Made by a program: the position numbers and the translations under genes
The notes under the pieces: model-generated
Told to the model about the DNA's origin: nothing
The model's input: only the letters and a program-made list of their open reading frames with translations
Databases searched by the model: none
Assembly (NCBI GenBank): GCA_041662585.1
Contig: JBAZSG010000006.1
Location: forward strand, 4,155-68,154
Direction: 5' to 3'
Length of the DNA stretch: 64,000 nucleotides
Source of the DNA: Patescibacteria group bacterium
Lineage (GTDB): Bacteria; Patescibacteriota; Patescibacteriia; UBA1558; GWA2-36-10
In this document: positions 17,764 to 28,497 of the stretch, in pieces
Numbering within the stretch: the stretch's first letter is position 1
Layout of the letters: each line of letters starts with the position of its first letter

Positions 17764-18966
17764 TTAAAATAATCTAAGATATAGCTCTTTGGTTTTAGCT
17801 AGACTTTGCTTGAGATCAAAATTGCTTACAATGTTTTGATAATTTTTTTCTAGAATATTTGAATTTATTTTATCAATTTCTTTGATAGCCGTGGCTAGAG
17901 ATAGAGGATTGGCTGGAGAGACCAATAGACCAGTTTCTTTATCTTTTATTATTTCAGGTATTCCACCTACTTTGGTGGCTATGACAGGTATTTTGGCGAG
18001 CCCTGCTTCTAAGAGAACATAAGGCAGACCTTCTTTGACAGAAGGGAGTATAAAAGCAGTAAAGGCCTTGAGGTATTTATGGGCAGTATCTTTGGCACCG
18101 AGCAATTTAAAATATTTATCTAGATTATTATCCTTGATTTGTTGTTTTATATTTTCCAGCTCTGGGCCATCTCCTATAAGTACCCATTGATAGTTTTCCA
18201 ATAGAGGAGACTGTTCATCTTGTAAGATTTTGATAGCTTCGACTAGATAGCTATAGCCTTTGGTTTTATAAAAGCTAGCAATAGTACCAAAATATTTTTT
18301 ATTTTTATCTAATCCCAATTTTTCTAGAGCAGTAAAGCGATCATAAAAATTTGTATTATCTATATCAATACCATTGTGTATAGTGATTATTTTATTTTCT
18401 GGAGCTAGTTTATTATCAATAGCACTTTGTCTATCGGCTTCAGATACTGTGATCACAGCATGATTGATGCTAGAAGATATTTTTTCAGAGAATGTATACA
18501 ATTTTTTTTTAAACTTTGATAGTGGCTCATTGAAGACAAAACCATGAGCTGTATAGAGTATTCTAAGTTTTGTATTTGTGATGTTGGCAGAATACATACG
18601 AGCAGCCAAGGCTCCCAACAACCCAACTTTGGAACTATTGAGATGTACCAAATCATATTTTCCAGCATTGTATATTTTAAGAATTTCCATTGTAGCTAGA
18701 TAATCTTTAGAAAAGTCTATATTTCTGATTAGGTATGGTATAGGGAGACTTTTTATGTTTAGCTGTTTTAATTCTTCCAAAAATTTTGAGTCAGTATTTT
18801 TTTCTTCGCCATAGGCCACATGGATTTCATTGTCTTCGCCAAAATATTTGGCCAAAGCTAAGACATACTTTTGAGCTCCACCAAATTTTGTTTGAGTGAT
18901 GATATATAGTATTTTTTTGCCTTTAAGCTCTTTATTTGTATTATCTTTATGGCTAATATTAGTCAT
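17764..18966 (-). CDS. glycosyltransferase family 1 (GT4-type, retaining)
   Basis: 400 aa; C-terminal GT1 signature 'EGLPYVLLEAGLAKIPVIATKVGGIPEII'. Confidence 0.8.
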   Translation of the reverse strand: MTNISHKDNTNKELKGKKILYIITQTKFGGAQKYVLALAKYFGEDNEIHVAYGEEKNTDSKFLEELKQLNIKSLPIPYLIRNIDFSKDYLATMEILKIYNAGKYDLVHLNSSKVGLLGALAARMYSANITNTKLRILYTAHGFVFNEPLSKFKKKLYTFSEKISSSINHAVITVSEADRQSAIDNKLAPENKIITIHNGIDIDNTNFYDRFTALEKLGLDKNKKYFGTIASFYKTKGYSYLVEAIKILQDEQSPLLENYQWVLIGDGPELENIKQQIKDNNLDKYFKLLGAKDTAHKYLKAFTAFILPSVKEGLPYVLLEAGLAKIPVIATKVGGIPEIIKDKETGLLVSPANPLSLATAIKEIDKINSNILEKNYQNIVSNFDLKQSLAKTKELYLRLF

Positions 18967-19054
18967 TTCTTTAATTGATTTATTTAATAAATACTGGTAT
19001 AATTTTATAGTATTTACAAAGCTAAAGCAAGCTTTTTATTAGAAAATAGCCAAA

Positions 19055-20167
19055 ATGAGGATAGTAATTGCAACAGGTATATTTATTCCCGAGCTTGGTG
19101 GTCCAGCTACTTACGCCGCTAAGATAGCGGATAGTTTTTTAGCTTTGGGTCATCAAGTCAAGATTGTTAGTTATTCTGATCAGAGTAGTTATGATTTGGA
19201 CAAAAATTTAGCTTATCCAATTTTTAGAGTAAAAAGATCTAATAAATTATTAAATTATCTAAATTATTTTAAAGTCTTGCGACAGGTCGCCAAAGATGCT
19301 GATGTTATATATTCTTTTGATCATTTTAGTGCTGGCATTCCAACGGCTTTGTTGGCTAGTATTTATCAGAAACGTTTTTATATTCGGGTCGGTGGCGATT
19401 TTATTTGGGAAAGATATTTGGATTTAAATAATTCGGCGGTTACTCTAAAAGATTTTTATAAAAACAATTTGCATCTTACGGCCGAGGGAAAAAGGTTTAA
19501 AGTTATTTCCTGGGTGTTTAAAAAATCCACCGGTATTATATTTACTACCAAATTTCAATTGGAAATATTCCAAAAGTATTATAATTTATTATCAGATAAA
19601 CTATTTGTAGTTAATAATCCTATTAGTAAGGGGGCTAAGATATCCAGAGACATTGTTAATAAAGAAATCATCATGACCGGACGCTTTATTCACAAAAATA
19701 ATATTTTAAATTTAATCAAAGCTTTCAAAAATATTTCTGACAAAAGCTATAAATTGATTTTGATAGGAGAAGGAGCTATCCAAAACAAAATGGAAAATTT
19801 AATAAAAGAATTAGCTATAAGTGACCGGGTTTTTATTGAACCAAAGCTTTCCAGAGATGATTTAGCCAAGAGAATGTCTGGAGCTTATCTAGCTATTTGG
19901 CCATCACTGACGGATATTAGCCCCAATTCTATGCTAGAAGCCTTGAGTATCAATGTACCAGTTATCAGCTCTATAGAGATTGGTTTTGATTGGCTCAAAG
20001 ACAAGATAAAAACTTTTGATCCTAGAGAGGTTTCAGAAATTACAGAGGCTATTGATAGCTTATTGGACAAAGACGCTTATTTGGCTTATCAAGAAAAAAT
20101 AAACAAAATTAGCTATGAGTACACTTATGCTCAAGCGGCTAAAGATACTATAGATATTTTAAAATAA
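19055..20167 (+). CDS. glycosyltransferase family 1
   Basis: 370 aa; GT-B fold hallmarks ('MTGRFIHKNNILNLIKAF', 'PNSMLEALSINVPVISS'). Confidence 0.65.
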   Translation: MRIVIATGIFIPELGGPATYAAKIADSFLALGHQVKIVSYSDQSSYDLDKNLAYPIFRVKRSNKLLNYLNYFKVLRQVAKDADVIYSFDHFSAGIPTALLASIYQKRFYIRVGGDFIWERYLDLNNSAVTLKDFYKNNLHLTAEGKRFKVISWVFKKSTGIIFTTKFQLEIFQKYYNLLSDKLFVVNNPISKGAKISRDIVNKEIIMTGRFIHKNNILNLIKAFKNISDKSYKLILIGEGAIQNKMENLIKELAISDRVFIEPKLSRDDLAKRMSGAYLAIWPSLTDISPNSMLEALSINVPVISSIEIGFDWLKDKIKTFDPREVSEITEAIDSLLDKDAYLAYQEKINKISYEYTYAQAAKDTIDILK

Positions 20168-21324
20168 TGAAAGAATTAAAAGACACTTCAATATTGATGA
20201 TTAGTATGGACATTGGATTATTGGAAGCCAGTGGCTCTGGTGATGTGATAGCTAGACATCAGCAATATGCCAAGCATTTGAAAAAATTGGATATTATTGT
20301 TTTTGGTAAAAGTAATAAAACAGAAAATAAATTGGCAGTCAATTTTCAAGTTTATGGAGTAGGTAAAAATATTTTTTCTTTTTTTAAAGCCAAAAGTTTA
20401 GCTACCAAGCTTTACCAAAAAAATAACTATGATTTGATTGATACTCAAGATCCACATTGGACCGGTCTATTGGGACTAACACTCAAGAAAAAATTTAAGA
20501 CAAAACTGGAGATTCATTTTCATGGAGATTTTTGGCAAAATAATATTTGGTTAAATGAGTCTTGGAAAAACAAGTTTTACAATTTTTTGCAAAGTAAAAT
20601 AGTCCCACAAGTAGATGCTATCAGAGTGGTCAATCCCAGAATAAAAGAAAAATTGATAACTGCTAATATTTATGCCAAAAAGATAAAAGTAATAAATACT
20701 CCAGTTAACGAAGAAGAATTTATTAGAGCTGTAGCAGAAAAAGATATACTAGCCATTAAAAATCAATATAATAAAAAAATTATTTTTTTTGCTGGACGTT
20801 TGGTAGCAGCCAAAAATCTTATATTTCTTTTGGAAGTAGTCAAATTGTTGTATAGAAAAAGAAATGATTTTGTATTACTAGTAGCTGGCAAAGGTGATGA
20901 ACAAGAAAATTTAGTAAATTTTGTAAATAATAACAACTTGGAAGAAGTGGTTTTTTTACTTGGTCCCCAAAAACACCAAGATTTAGTGACTTATTTTAAG
21001 GCTGCTTATATTCATGTTTTGCTCTCTACCAACGAAAGTTTTGGCAAGACTATTATTGAAGCAGGTATGACAGGTTTAGCAACGCTCGCTTCTAAAACAC
21101 TTGGTGCTTCTTTTATTATTAAAGATAATAGCACTGGCTGGCTGGTTGATATAAATGATTTAGATAATACAGTCACAAAACTAAACAATTTGCTTGATAG
21201 TCCAGACGAAGTAATACAAGTAGGTAATAGAGCCAAACAAGACTTTGTAGAACATCATGGTCAAACTAAAACATTTCAAAAAGTAAATGACTTTTGGCAA
21301 GAAATAATAAATGATCAATTATAA
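20167..21324 (+). CDS. glycosyltransferase family 1
   Basis: 385 aa; 'ESFGKTIIEAGMTGLATLASKTLGASFII' GT1 E-x7-E-like motif. Confidence 0.75.
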   Translation: MKELKDTSILMISMDIGLLEASGSGDVIARHQQYAKHLKKLDIIVFGKSNKTENKLAVNFQVYGVGKNIFSFFKAKSLATKLYQKNNYDLIDTQDPHWTGLLGLTLKKKFKTKLEIHFHGDFWQNNIWLNESWKNKFYNFLQSKIVPQVDAIRVVNPRIKEKLITANIYAKKIKVINTPVNEEEFIRAVAEKDILAIKNQYNKKIIFFAGRLVAAKNLIFLLEVVKLLYRKRNDFVLLVAGKGDEQENLVNFVNNNNLEEVVFLLGPQKHQDLVTYFKAAYIHVLLSTNESFGKTIIEAGMTGLATLASKTLGASFIIKDNSTGWLVDINDLDNTVTKLNNLLDSPDEVIQVGNRAKQDFVEHHGQTKTFQKVNDFWQEIINDQL

Positions 21325-21326
21325 GT

Positions 21327-22364
21327 ATGAGGTTGCTAATGATTACTAGAAAAGTAGATAGAGATGATGGCCTTGCTGGCTTTACTTACAATTGGATAAA
21401 AAAATTGTCTAGTAAAGTGGACGAGCTCTATGTAATGTGCCTAGAAAAAGGTAACGATAGAGACCTGCCAGACAATGTACATGTATATTCTTTGGGCAAA
21501 GAAAATGGCAAAAATAGATTTAAAGAATTTTTTAGATTTCATTATTTGGCTATCAAATTGGTACCAAAAGTAGATGGTATTTTTGCTCATCAAAATCCAG
21601 AATATGGAATACTTATTTCACCTTGGGCAAAGATTTTTAGGAAAAAATTAATAGCTTGGTATACTCACAAACAAGTTAGCCTAAGATTAAAGATATTAAA
21701 TTTGGTTTCTGATAAGATGGTAACAGCTTCTAAAGAAAGTTTTAGATTAGTTAGTAATAAATTACAAGTATTACATCACGGTATAGATACAGATGTTTTT
21801 TATTTTAAAGACAGAGTAGTTAAAGATACTTTAAATATTTTAAATATTAGTCGTATTTCTGCTACCAAGCGTATTGATAAGATGATTGATATAGTAGCTG
21901 AATTGAAAAAAATATTAGATAAAAAAGTTGTTTTTAAAATAGCTGGCGTACCTACTTTGGAAAAAGATAAATTATTTTTAGAAACTTTAAAAAATAAAGT
22001 AAAAGAATTCAATTTAGAATCAAATGTAGAGTTTTTGGGATCAGTACCCAATCATTTAACACCGGCATTGTATCAAGAAGCTGATTTATTTTTTAATTTT
22101 TCCCAGACAGGTAGTCTTGATAAGACAGGACTTGAAGCTATGAGTTGCGGTTGTTTGGTACTAGCTTCAAACGAGGCTTTTAAGGATATTTTAGAGCCTA
22201 TAAACTCATTATTTTATATAGCTAGTACTGAACAGGCTGTAGAAAATATTAAAAAGATTTTAGCCATTGATAATAATGATTTACGTTTAAAATTGCGCAA
22301 TTATGTCAAAGAAAATCATGATTTGGATAAATTAATTACTAAGATAGTAAAATTGTATGAGTAG
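21327..22364 (+). CDS. glycosyltransferase family 1
   Basis: 345 aa; 'GSLDKTGLEAMSCGCLVLASN' GT1 motif. Confidence 0.7.
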   Translation: MRLLMITRKVDRDDGLAGFTYNWIKKLSSKVDELYVMCLEKGNDRDLPDNVHVYSLGKENGKNRFKEFFRFHYLAIKLVPKVDGIFAHQNPEYGILISPWAKIFRKKLIAWYTHKQVSLRLKILNLVSDKMVTASKESFRLVSNKLQVLHHGIDTDVFYFKDRVVKDTLNILNISRISATKRIDKMIDIVAELKKILDKKVVFKIAGVPTLEKDKLFLETLKNKVKEFNLESNVEFLGSVPNHLTPALYQEADLFFNFSQTGSLDKTGLEAMSCGCLVLASNEAFKDILEPINSLFYIASTEQAVENIKKILAIDNNDLRLKLRNYVKENHDLDKLITKIVKLYE

Positions 22365-23004
22365 ACAAGTAGACAAAGAACATTACGATTTCTCTAAATA
22401 TTGTAATACCAGCAGATTCATTAGTTATTGGCATCAACTAGATGAGATTATTAAATTAAATCCGCAAAGTGTTTTGGAAGTAGGAGTTGGTGATAAGGTC
22501 GTGGCTAGTTATTTAAAAAATAATACGGATATTGTCTACACTTCTTTGGACATTGCAGAAGATTTGAAACCAGATATAGTAGGCGATATAGAAAAAATGG
22601 ATTTAGCGGACAACAGCTTTGATATTATTTGTGCTTTTGAGGTATTGGAGCATTTACAATTTGATGATTTTGATAAAACACTTAGAGAATTATCTAGAGT
22701 TTCAAAAAATTATGTAGTGCTTAGTTTGCCACATTGGGGCAGACATTTTTCTATAGAAATAAGATTACCATTTTTGGGTAAAATAAAATGGCAATATAAA
22801 TTTAATTTTTTACCAATTAAACATAAATTTAATGGACAACACTATTGGGAGATTGGTAAAGCAGGATATTCTATAAATAAAATAAGAAGTAAAATCCAAG
22901 AGGCTGGTTTGAATATTGAGAAAGATTATGTCTCTTTTGGATCACCTTATCATCATTTTTTCATTTTAAAGAAAAAAATAAATGTGTGGAATAAATGGAT
23001 TTAA
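22357..23004 (+). CDS. class I SAM-dependent methyltransferase
   Basis: 215 aa; motif I 'VLEVGVGDKVVASYL' and 'DIICAFEVLEHL' (Methyltransf_11-like). Confidence 0.7.
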   Translation: MSRQVDKEHYDFSKYCNTSRFISYWHQLDEIIKLNPQSVLEVGVGDKVVASYLKNNTDIVYTSLDIAEDLKPDIVGDIEKMDLADNSFDIICAFEVLEHLQFDDFDKTLRELSRVSKNYVVLSLPHWGRHFSIEIRLPFLGKIKWQYKFNFLPIKHKFNGQHYWEIGKAGYSINKIRSKIQEAGLNIEKDYVSFGSPYHHFFILKKKINVWNKWI

Positions 23005-24829
23005 TTTTAGGGATGAAAATCTGATCAAGCAGATGAACAACAAAATCAAACATCGAGGTCCTGATGATTTGGGTGTTTTTTTGGATGATATTTTTTCTTT
23101 GGGGCATGTTAGATTATCTATTATTGATTTGTCCCAGCGTGGGCATCAGCCTATGTTTAGTAGCGATAAAAATTATATTATTATCTATAATGGTGAGCTG
23201 TACAATTTTGAAAAAATAAAAAAAGATTTAAAATCAAAGGGATTTAAGTTTACTTCAAATACAGATACGGAGGTAATTTTAAATTCTTATATTGCTTATG
23301 GGGAAAAATGTTTAGATAAGTTTAATGGTATATTTTCATTTGCTATCTTCGACAAAAAAAAGAAGAAGCTTTTTGCAGCTCGTGACCATTTTGGAGTGAA
23401 ACCATTTTTTTATTATTTCAAAGATAATAAATTTATTTTTTCATCAGAGATAAAAAGTATTTTAGAACACAATGTTGATAAAAGTTTAGATTTTGATTCT
23501 CTTAATTTATATTTTAGGTTTTTGTATATTGCTGGTCCTAGAACTATTTTTAAAAATATAAAAAAATTACAAGCTAGTCATTATTTGATTTTGCAAAATA
23601 ATAAATTGGAAATTAAAAGGTATTATCGTGTACCACAAGAAAAAAAAGATTTTTCTTTTCCTGAAGCCAAAGAAATCATCAGAACAAATTTTGACAAGGC
23701 CGTGGAAAGACAACTGATATCAGATAGACCATTGGGGCTGTATTTGAGCGGAGGTATTGATTCAACAGCTATATTGGGCTCAATGTCAAAGCTTGTCAAT
23801 CATAAAATAAAGACTTTTACAGTAAAATTTGATACTAAGATAGAAGAAGATAAATTTAATATTGATAGTCAGTTGGCTAAAAAAACTAGCGATTATTATA
23901 AAACAGATCATTATGAATTATTGGTAAAACCAAAAGAAGTAGCAGAAAATTTGGAAAAGGTAATTTATCATATGGATGACTTAGTTTCTAATCATACTCA
24001 AACAGCTACTTATTTATTATCTAAATTAGCCAAAGGACAAGTGGCTGTAGTTTTGGGGGGTGATGGAGGAGATGAAATATTTGGTGGTTATGAAAGGCAC
24101 TATTATTATAATTTGATAGATAAATTTCAAAAAATACCAAAAATAATTAGAGACAATTATATAAACAAATCTTTGTCCAATGCTTTTGGTAGGCAAGATA
24201 TTTATAATAAGTTAAATACAAAAAATGAATTTGATTTATTTTGGCAATTTAGAGCTCAAAAAGAAAAAATGGTAAAAAGATTTTTGAAATCAGATATTAT
24301 CAATTTGGATAATACAAAACAAATTTTAAAAACTCAATATTTTTCTAAAAACTCAAAAAGCTATATGGATTATTTGATGATGGTAGATTTGGATACTTGG
24401 TTGGTAGATGAGTCACTTACTAGATCAGATAAACTCACTATGGCTTTTGGTCTTGAAGAGCGAGTGCCAATTCTTGATAAAGACTTGGTTGAGACAGCTT
24501 TTGCTATACAATCTAGCTATAAGATAAGAAATAAATATCAAGGTAAATATATTTTTAAAGAAGCAGTAAAAGATTATTTACCAGATTATATTTATGACAA
24601 ATCAAAGACAGGTTGGTTTTCTCCAGCGGCCAAGTGGCTTCGTACAGATCTCAAAGATTTGGCTTATCAGACATTAGCCAATGATTATAATCCAGACACT
24701 AGTGAATTTTTTGATTTTGATGAAATCAGAAAAATATTGGACAATCATATAGATAAAAAAGAGTATGCTTTAAATACCATATGGTCATTGATAACTTTTC
24801 AGATTTGGTATAAACTTTTTAAACAATAA
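22982..24829 (+). CDS. asparagine synthase (glutamine-hydrolysing)-family amidotransferase (AsnB-like)
   Basis: 615 aa; starts 'MCGI' (Ntn-amidotransferase Cys2); 'DLSQRGHQPM'; PP-loop 'LYLSGGIDSTAI'. Confidence 0.8.
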   Translation: MCGINGFNFRDENLIKQMNNKIKHRGPDDLGVFLDDIFSLGHVRLSIIDLSQRGHQPMFSSDKNYIIIYNGELYNFEKIKKDLKSKGFKFTSNTDTEVILNSYIAYGEKCLDKFNGIFSFAIFDKKKKKLFAARDHFGVKPFFYYFKDNKFIFSSEIKSILEHNVDKSLDFDSLNLYFRFLYIAGPRTIFKNIKKLQASHYLILQNNKLEIKRYYRVPQEKKDFSFPEAKEIIRTNFDKAVERQLISDRPLGLYLSGGIDSTAILGSMSKLVNHKIKTFTVKFDTKIEEDKFNIDSQLAKKTSDYYKTDHYELLVKPKEVAENLEKVIYHMDDLVSNHTQTATYLLSKLAKGQVAVVLGGDGGDEIFGGYERHYYYNLIDKFQKIPKIIRDNYINKSLSNAFGRQDIYNKLNTKNEFDLFWQFRAQKEKMVKRFLKSDIINLDNTKQILKTQYFSKNSKSYMDYLMMVDLDTWLVDESLTRSDKLTMAFGLEERVPILDKDLVETAFAIQSSYKIRNKYQGKYIFKEAVKDYLPDYIYDKSKTGWFSPAAKWLRTDLKDLAYQTLANDYNPDTSEFFDFDEIRKILDNHIDKKEYALNTIWSLITFQIWYKLFKQ

Positions 24830-24830
24830 T

Positions 24831-25520
24831 ATGAACTTAGAAACAATAAAAATCAATAAAACATTGATAAAAGATATATTTATAGAATCTTGGCGAGGCA
24901 AGACTATTGATAGAATTTTTTTAAATTCTTCTTTGCGTAGTATTGAATTGAGTGGTGATATTTTAGACTTGGGCTCTGGATCCAAAAAAAACAGCTATCA
25001 TCGTTTTATAAAATACAAAAAACCATACACTATAAAATTTACAGACTTATACAAAAATACAGATGATCCAGACATTATAAAGCTTGATTTGGAAACAAGC
25101 TTTACTATTGCAGATGCTAGTTTTGAGGCTATTACTTGTTTTAATGTTTTAGAACATATTTATAATCATCAAAGTCTAGTCAATGAATCATCTAGAGTTT
25201 TGAAAAATAATGGATTATTTGTTGGTAGTGTTCCATTTTTGGTAAATTATCACGGAGATCCAAATGATTATTGGCGTTATACTTGGCAATCTTTAGAAAA
25301 TATTTTTGTTAAAGCTAATATGTCTTCAGAAAAAATAATAGTTTTAGCCACAGGACCATTGATGGCCAGTTTTTTACAAATAGAATTTATGATACCAAAA
25401 TTTATAAAACCATTTTTTATTTTATGGGACTTATATTTAGATAGTATACTAGTAAAATGGAAGAAATTTTTAAAACATAAACATGTTTTGGGGTATTTAT
25501 TTGTTTTTAAAAAGAATTAA
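24831..25520 (+). CDS. class I SAM-dependent methyltransferase
   Basis: 229 aa; 'ILDLGSGSKKNS' motif I and 'FNVLEHI'. Confidence 0.6.
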   Translation: MNLETIKINKTLIKDIFIESWRGKTIDRIFLNSSLRSIELSGDILDLGSGSKKNSYHRFIKYKKPYTIKFTDLYKNTDDPDIIKLDLETSFTIADASFEAITCFNVLEHIYNHQSLVNESSRVLKNNGLFVGSVPFLVNYHGDPNDYWRYTWQSLENIFVKANMSSEKIIVLATGPLMASFLQIEFMIPKFIKPFFILWDLYLDSILVKWKKFLKHKHVLGYLFVFKKN

Positions 25521-25523
25521 TTT

Positions 25524-26615
25524 ATGAAATTATATTATATAATTTATGAGGATTTTATAAAGGAAAGAGCTAGTAATGTACAAATATCTAACACTACTAA
25601 TTTTCTAAATAGCCCTGGTATTGATGTAAATTTAATCTTTCCTTATAAGTTTGAAATGCCTGATAGATATAAAATAAAATCTAATATTATTTTCTTGTTT
25701 AATAAAACTTTTTCTAAGTTTAATAAATTAAATATTTTAAAATTTAGTTTAAAATTATTTTCTTATTTAAGAAAAGTTGATTCTGATTCAATTGTTTATT
25801 TTAGGCATGTTGTTTTATTACCGGTTATTTTGTTAGTTAAACTATTTTTACCAAAATTAAAAATAGTTTATGAAATACACAGAGAGGTTAATGATAGTTT
25901 TGGTAAATATTGTGAAAAAAAATTGATAAAAAAAGGAATTAAATTAATTACTATTTCTGATTCTTTGAAACAATCTTATCAGCAACAATATGGAGTTAAA
26001 GAAAATAAAATTCAAGTAGTGCATGATGCAGTAGATTTAGAAACTTTTGATATAAATATTAATCAGTTTGAAGCTAGAAAAAAGGCTCATGTAGAGGAAA
26101 AGGCAACTGTTATGTATATTGGTAGTTTATGGACTGTAAAAGGTGTTGATATTTTGTTAGGAGCAGCTAAAAAGTTGCCAGAGTACAATTTTTATTTTGT
26201 TGGCAAAGAACATGCTGATTTTGTTGATTTGAGAAAAGAGTTTGAGAATTTGTCTAATGTTTTTATAAAAGGAATGGTACCTCATCAAGAAGTGCCAGTT
26301 TTGCAAAAAGCTGCTGATTTATTGGTTATTCCTCATCCTAAAAATAATTTATCTCAATCGCCAATGAAACTATTTGAGTATTTGGCTAGTAATACACCAA
26401 TTCTTTCTGTTGATTTAGATAATATTAGAGAAATTTTGCCAGGTAACAGTTTATTTTTTGAACCAGAAAATCTTGATGATGTAGTGGTTAAGATTAAAGA
26501 TTACTTTACTCATCAGGCAGATTATATAAATAAAGCTAAGAATAATATAGAAATTGCTAGAAAATATTCTTGGCAGAATAGATCTAAATTAATTAAAGAT
26601 TTTATAAATAATTAA
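25524..26615 (+). CDS. glycosyltransferase family 1
   Basis: 363 aa; 'TVMYIGSLWTVKGVDILLGAAKKL' and 'SPMKLFEYLASNTPILS' GT1-like. Confidence 0.6.
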   Translation: MKLYYIIYEDFIKERASNVQISNTTNFLNSPGIDVNLIFPYKFEMPDRYKIKSNIIFLFNKTFSKFNKLNILKFSLKLFSYLRKVDSDSIVYFRHVVLLPVILLVKLFLPKLKIVYEIHREVNDSFGKYCEKKLIKKGIKLITISDSLKQSYQQQYGVKENKIQVVHDAVDLETFDININQFEARKKAHVEEKATVMYIGSLWTVKGVDILLGAAKKLPEYNFYFVGKEHADFVDLRKEFENLSNVFIKGMVPHQEVPVLQKAADLLVIPHPKNNLSQSPMKLFEYLASNTPILSVDLDNIREILPGNSLFFEPENLDDVVVKIKDYFTHQADYINKAKNNIEIARKYSWQNRSKLIKDFINN

Positions 26616-26616
26616 T

Positions 26617-27645
26617 ATGAAGTTTGTTTGCCCTAAAGATCATAATAGTTTGATTAAAGATGATACAAAGTATTATTGTGAAAAATGTAATACGAATTAT
26701 CCAATTATTAATAATATTCCTAGATTTACGGAGGTTAATTTTTATTGGGGAGAAATTCCAGAGTCCAATATGGACAAAATGTTGACTATTATAAAAGACA
26801 AGGGTTATCACGCTGGATTAGACTATTTAGAAGAAAATTTTCCAGGTCGTTCTAAATTTGTCTTTAATATTAGTAGGTCTGATTGGCATTTTGCTGTAGA
26901 TATTAAACCAGGTATGAAAATTTTAGATTTAGGTTGCGGTTGGGGCACCCATTCTTTTCCTTTGGCTGATTTGGGGGCTGAAGTTTATGCTGTAGATATT
27001 ACTAAACAGCGAGTAGAATTTGTAGAAGCTAGAAAAAAAATTGAAAATAAAGAAAACATTTATCCTTTGGTTGGTAATGTAATGGAACTACCTTTTGAGA
27101 ATGAAAGTTTTGATTTAATTATTAGTAATGGAGTATTAGAATGGGTTGGCTTGCAAGAACAGTATGGTAAGCCACGAGAAGTACAGGAAAAATTTTTAAA
27201 ATTGATGCGAGGATTATTAAAAAAAGATGGAATTTTGTATGTTGGTATTGAAAATAGATTTGCTCTATCTTATTTTGCAAAAGGTATTGATCATTCAGGA
27301 CTTCGTTATACTAGTTTGATGCCTCGTTTTTTAGCTAATACATATACTCAAAGTAAATTAAAAAAACCTTATTTAACCTATACCTATACTTATAATGGTT
27401 ATAAAAAATTATTTAATAAAATTGGTTTTAATAAAATAGATACATATATTCCTTTTTCAGGATATAATAATCCAAATTCTCTTGTACCATATAAGTCATC
27501 AGAGGCTTTACAATTTTTTATGTTAACTAGAGGTAAATTTAATAATATAAAATTAAAATTATTAAAATATATTTTGTTTAATAGATTATTTTTAAAGTTG
27601 TATAGATTTTTTAGTTTTAGTTTTGATTTTTATTTAAAAAAATAG
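26617..27645 (+). CDS. SAM-dependent methyltransferase with N-terminal Trm112-like zinc-ribbon
   Basis: 342 aa; 'FVCPKDHNSL..YYCEKCNTNYPIINNIPRF' then motif I 'ILDLGCGWGTHSFPLADLGAEVYAVDI'. Confidence 0.65.
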   Translation: MKFVCPKDHNSLIKDDTKYYCEKCNTNYPIINNIPRFTEVNFYWGEIPESNMDKMLTIIKDKGYHAGLDYLEENFPGRSKFVFNISRSDWHFAVDIKPGMKILDLGCGWGTHSFPLADLGAEVYAVDITKQRVEFVEARKKIENKENIYPLVGNVMELPFENESFDLIISNGVLEWVGLQEQYGKPREVQEKFLKLMRGLLKKDGILYVGIENRFALSYFAKGIDHSGLRYTSLMPRFLANTYTQSKLKKPYLTYTYTYNGYKKLFNKIGFNKIDTYIPFSGYNNPNSLVPYKSSEALQFFMLTRGKFNNIKLKLLKYILFNRLFLKLYRFFSFSFDFYLKK

Positions 27646-27647
27646 AT

Positions 27648-28493
27648 ATGATTAATTTTTTAAAAACTTATTTAGTAGATAACTATTTTGATGGTTTAAG
27701 GCAAGATGATATTAATATTGTTAAAACACAAAATGGTACTGGGCATCTTAATAAAAAAATAGTTTTTTATGTTTTTGATAAAAATAATAAAAAACCAGCA
27801 CTTGTTGTTTATGCTGCTCGTAATAAGAAAGTAAATGATGTTCTAAAAAATTCAATAAATAGTAATAAAAAACAAGATGATTTAGCTCCAAAAATTTTAT
27901 TTGAGGATTATTACAATAATATATATTTTGTAGGAATTGAATTCATTCAAGGTCAAAAATTAAATCTAAACAATAAAGATGATATTAATTTAGTCTTTGA
28001 TTATATTATTAGACAATATAAAGACAATAAAAATAATGAGATTAAGAGACTGGATGTTTTTTATCAAGACATTAAAAATAAATTTTTTAAAATAGATATT
28101 GACATTAATAATTTAATTGAAGACAAGTTTAGTTCTTTTAAAGATGTAAAATTACCAGTCATAAAACAACACGGAGATCTTCAGGACAATAATATATTTA
28201 TAGTAAATGGAAAGTTGAAAATAATAGATTGGGATGATTATGGTTTTTGCGATTTTCCTTTATTTGATTTTTTTACTATTTATATAAAATATAAAAGAAA
28301 AATAGCCAAAGATAATTTTATAGAAAATAAGTTGAATGATTTTTATAAACTTAAAAATTTTGAAAAAATTAATACAGAAATATATATAATATTTTATTAT
28401 TTATATGATTTTTTACGAAAAGATAAACTGCACAATAAATATGAGCGTAAAAAACATTATTTAGAATTAGAGAAAAATATAAAAAAGATTTAA
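27648..28493 (+). CDS. hypothetical protein with protein-kinase-like (APH/choline-kinase-type) phosphotransferase motifs
   Basis: 281 aa, extremely N/K/I-rich; catalytic-loop-like 'HGDLQDNNIFIV' and 'IIDWDDYGF' (HGDxxxxN ... IDWD). Confidence 0.4.
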   Translation: MINFLKTYLVDNYFDGLRQDDINIVKTQNGTGHLNKKIVFYVFDKNNKKPALVVYAARNKKVNDVLKNSINSNKKQDDLAPKILFEDYYNNIYFVGIEFIQGQKLNLNNKDDINLVFDYIIRQYKDNKNNEIKRLDVFYQDIKNKFFKIDIDINNLIEDKFSSFKDVKLPVIKQHGDLQDNNIFIVNGKLKIIDWDDYGFCDFPLFDFFTIYIKYKRKIAKDNFIENKLNDFYKLKNFEKINTEIYIIFYYLYDFLRKDKLHNKYERKKHYLELEKNIKKI

Positions 28494-28497
28494 ATAT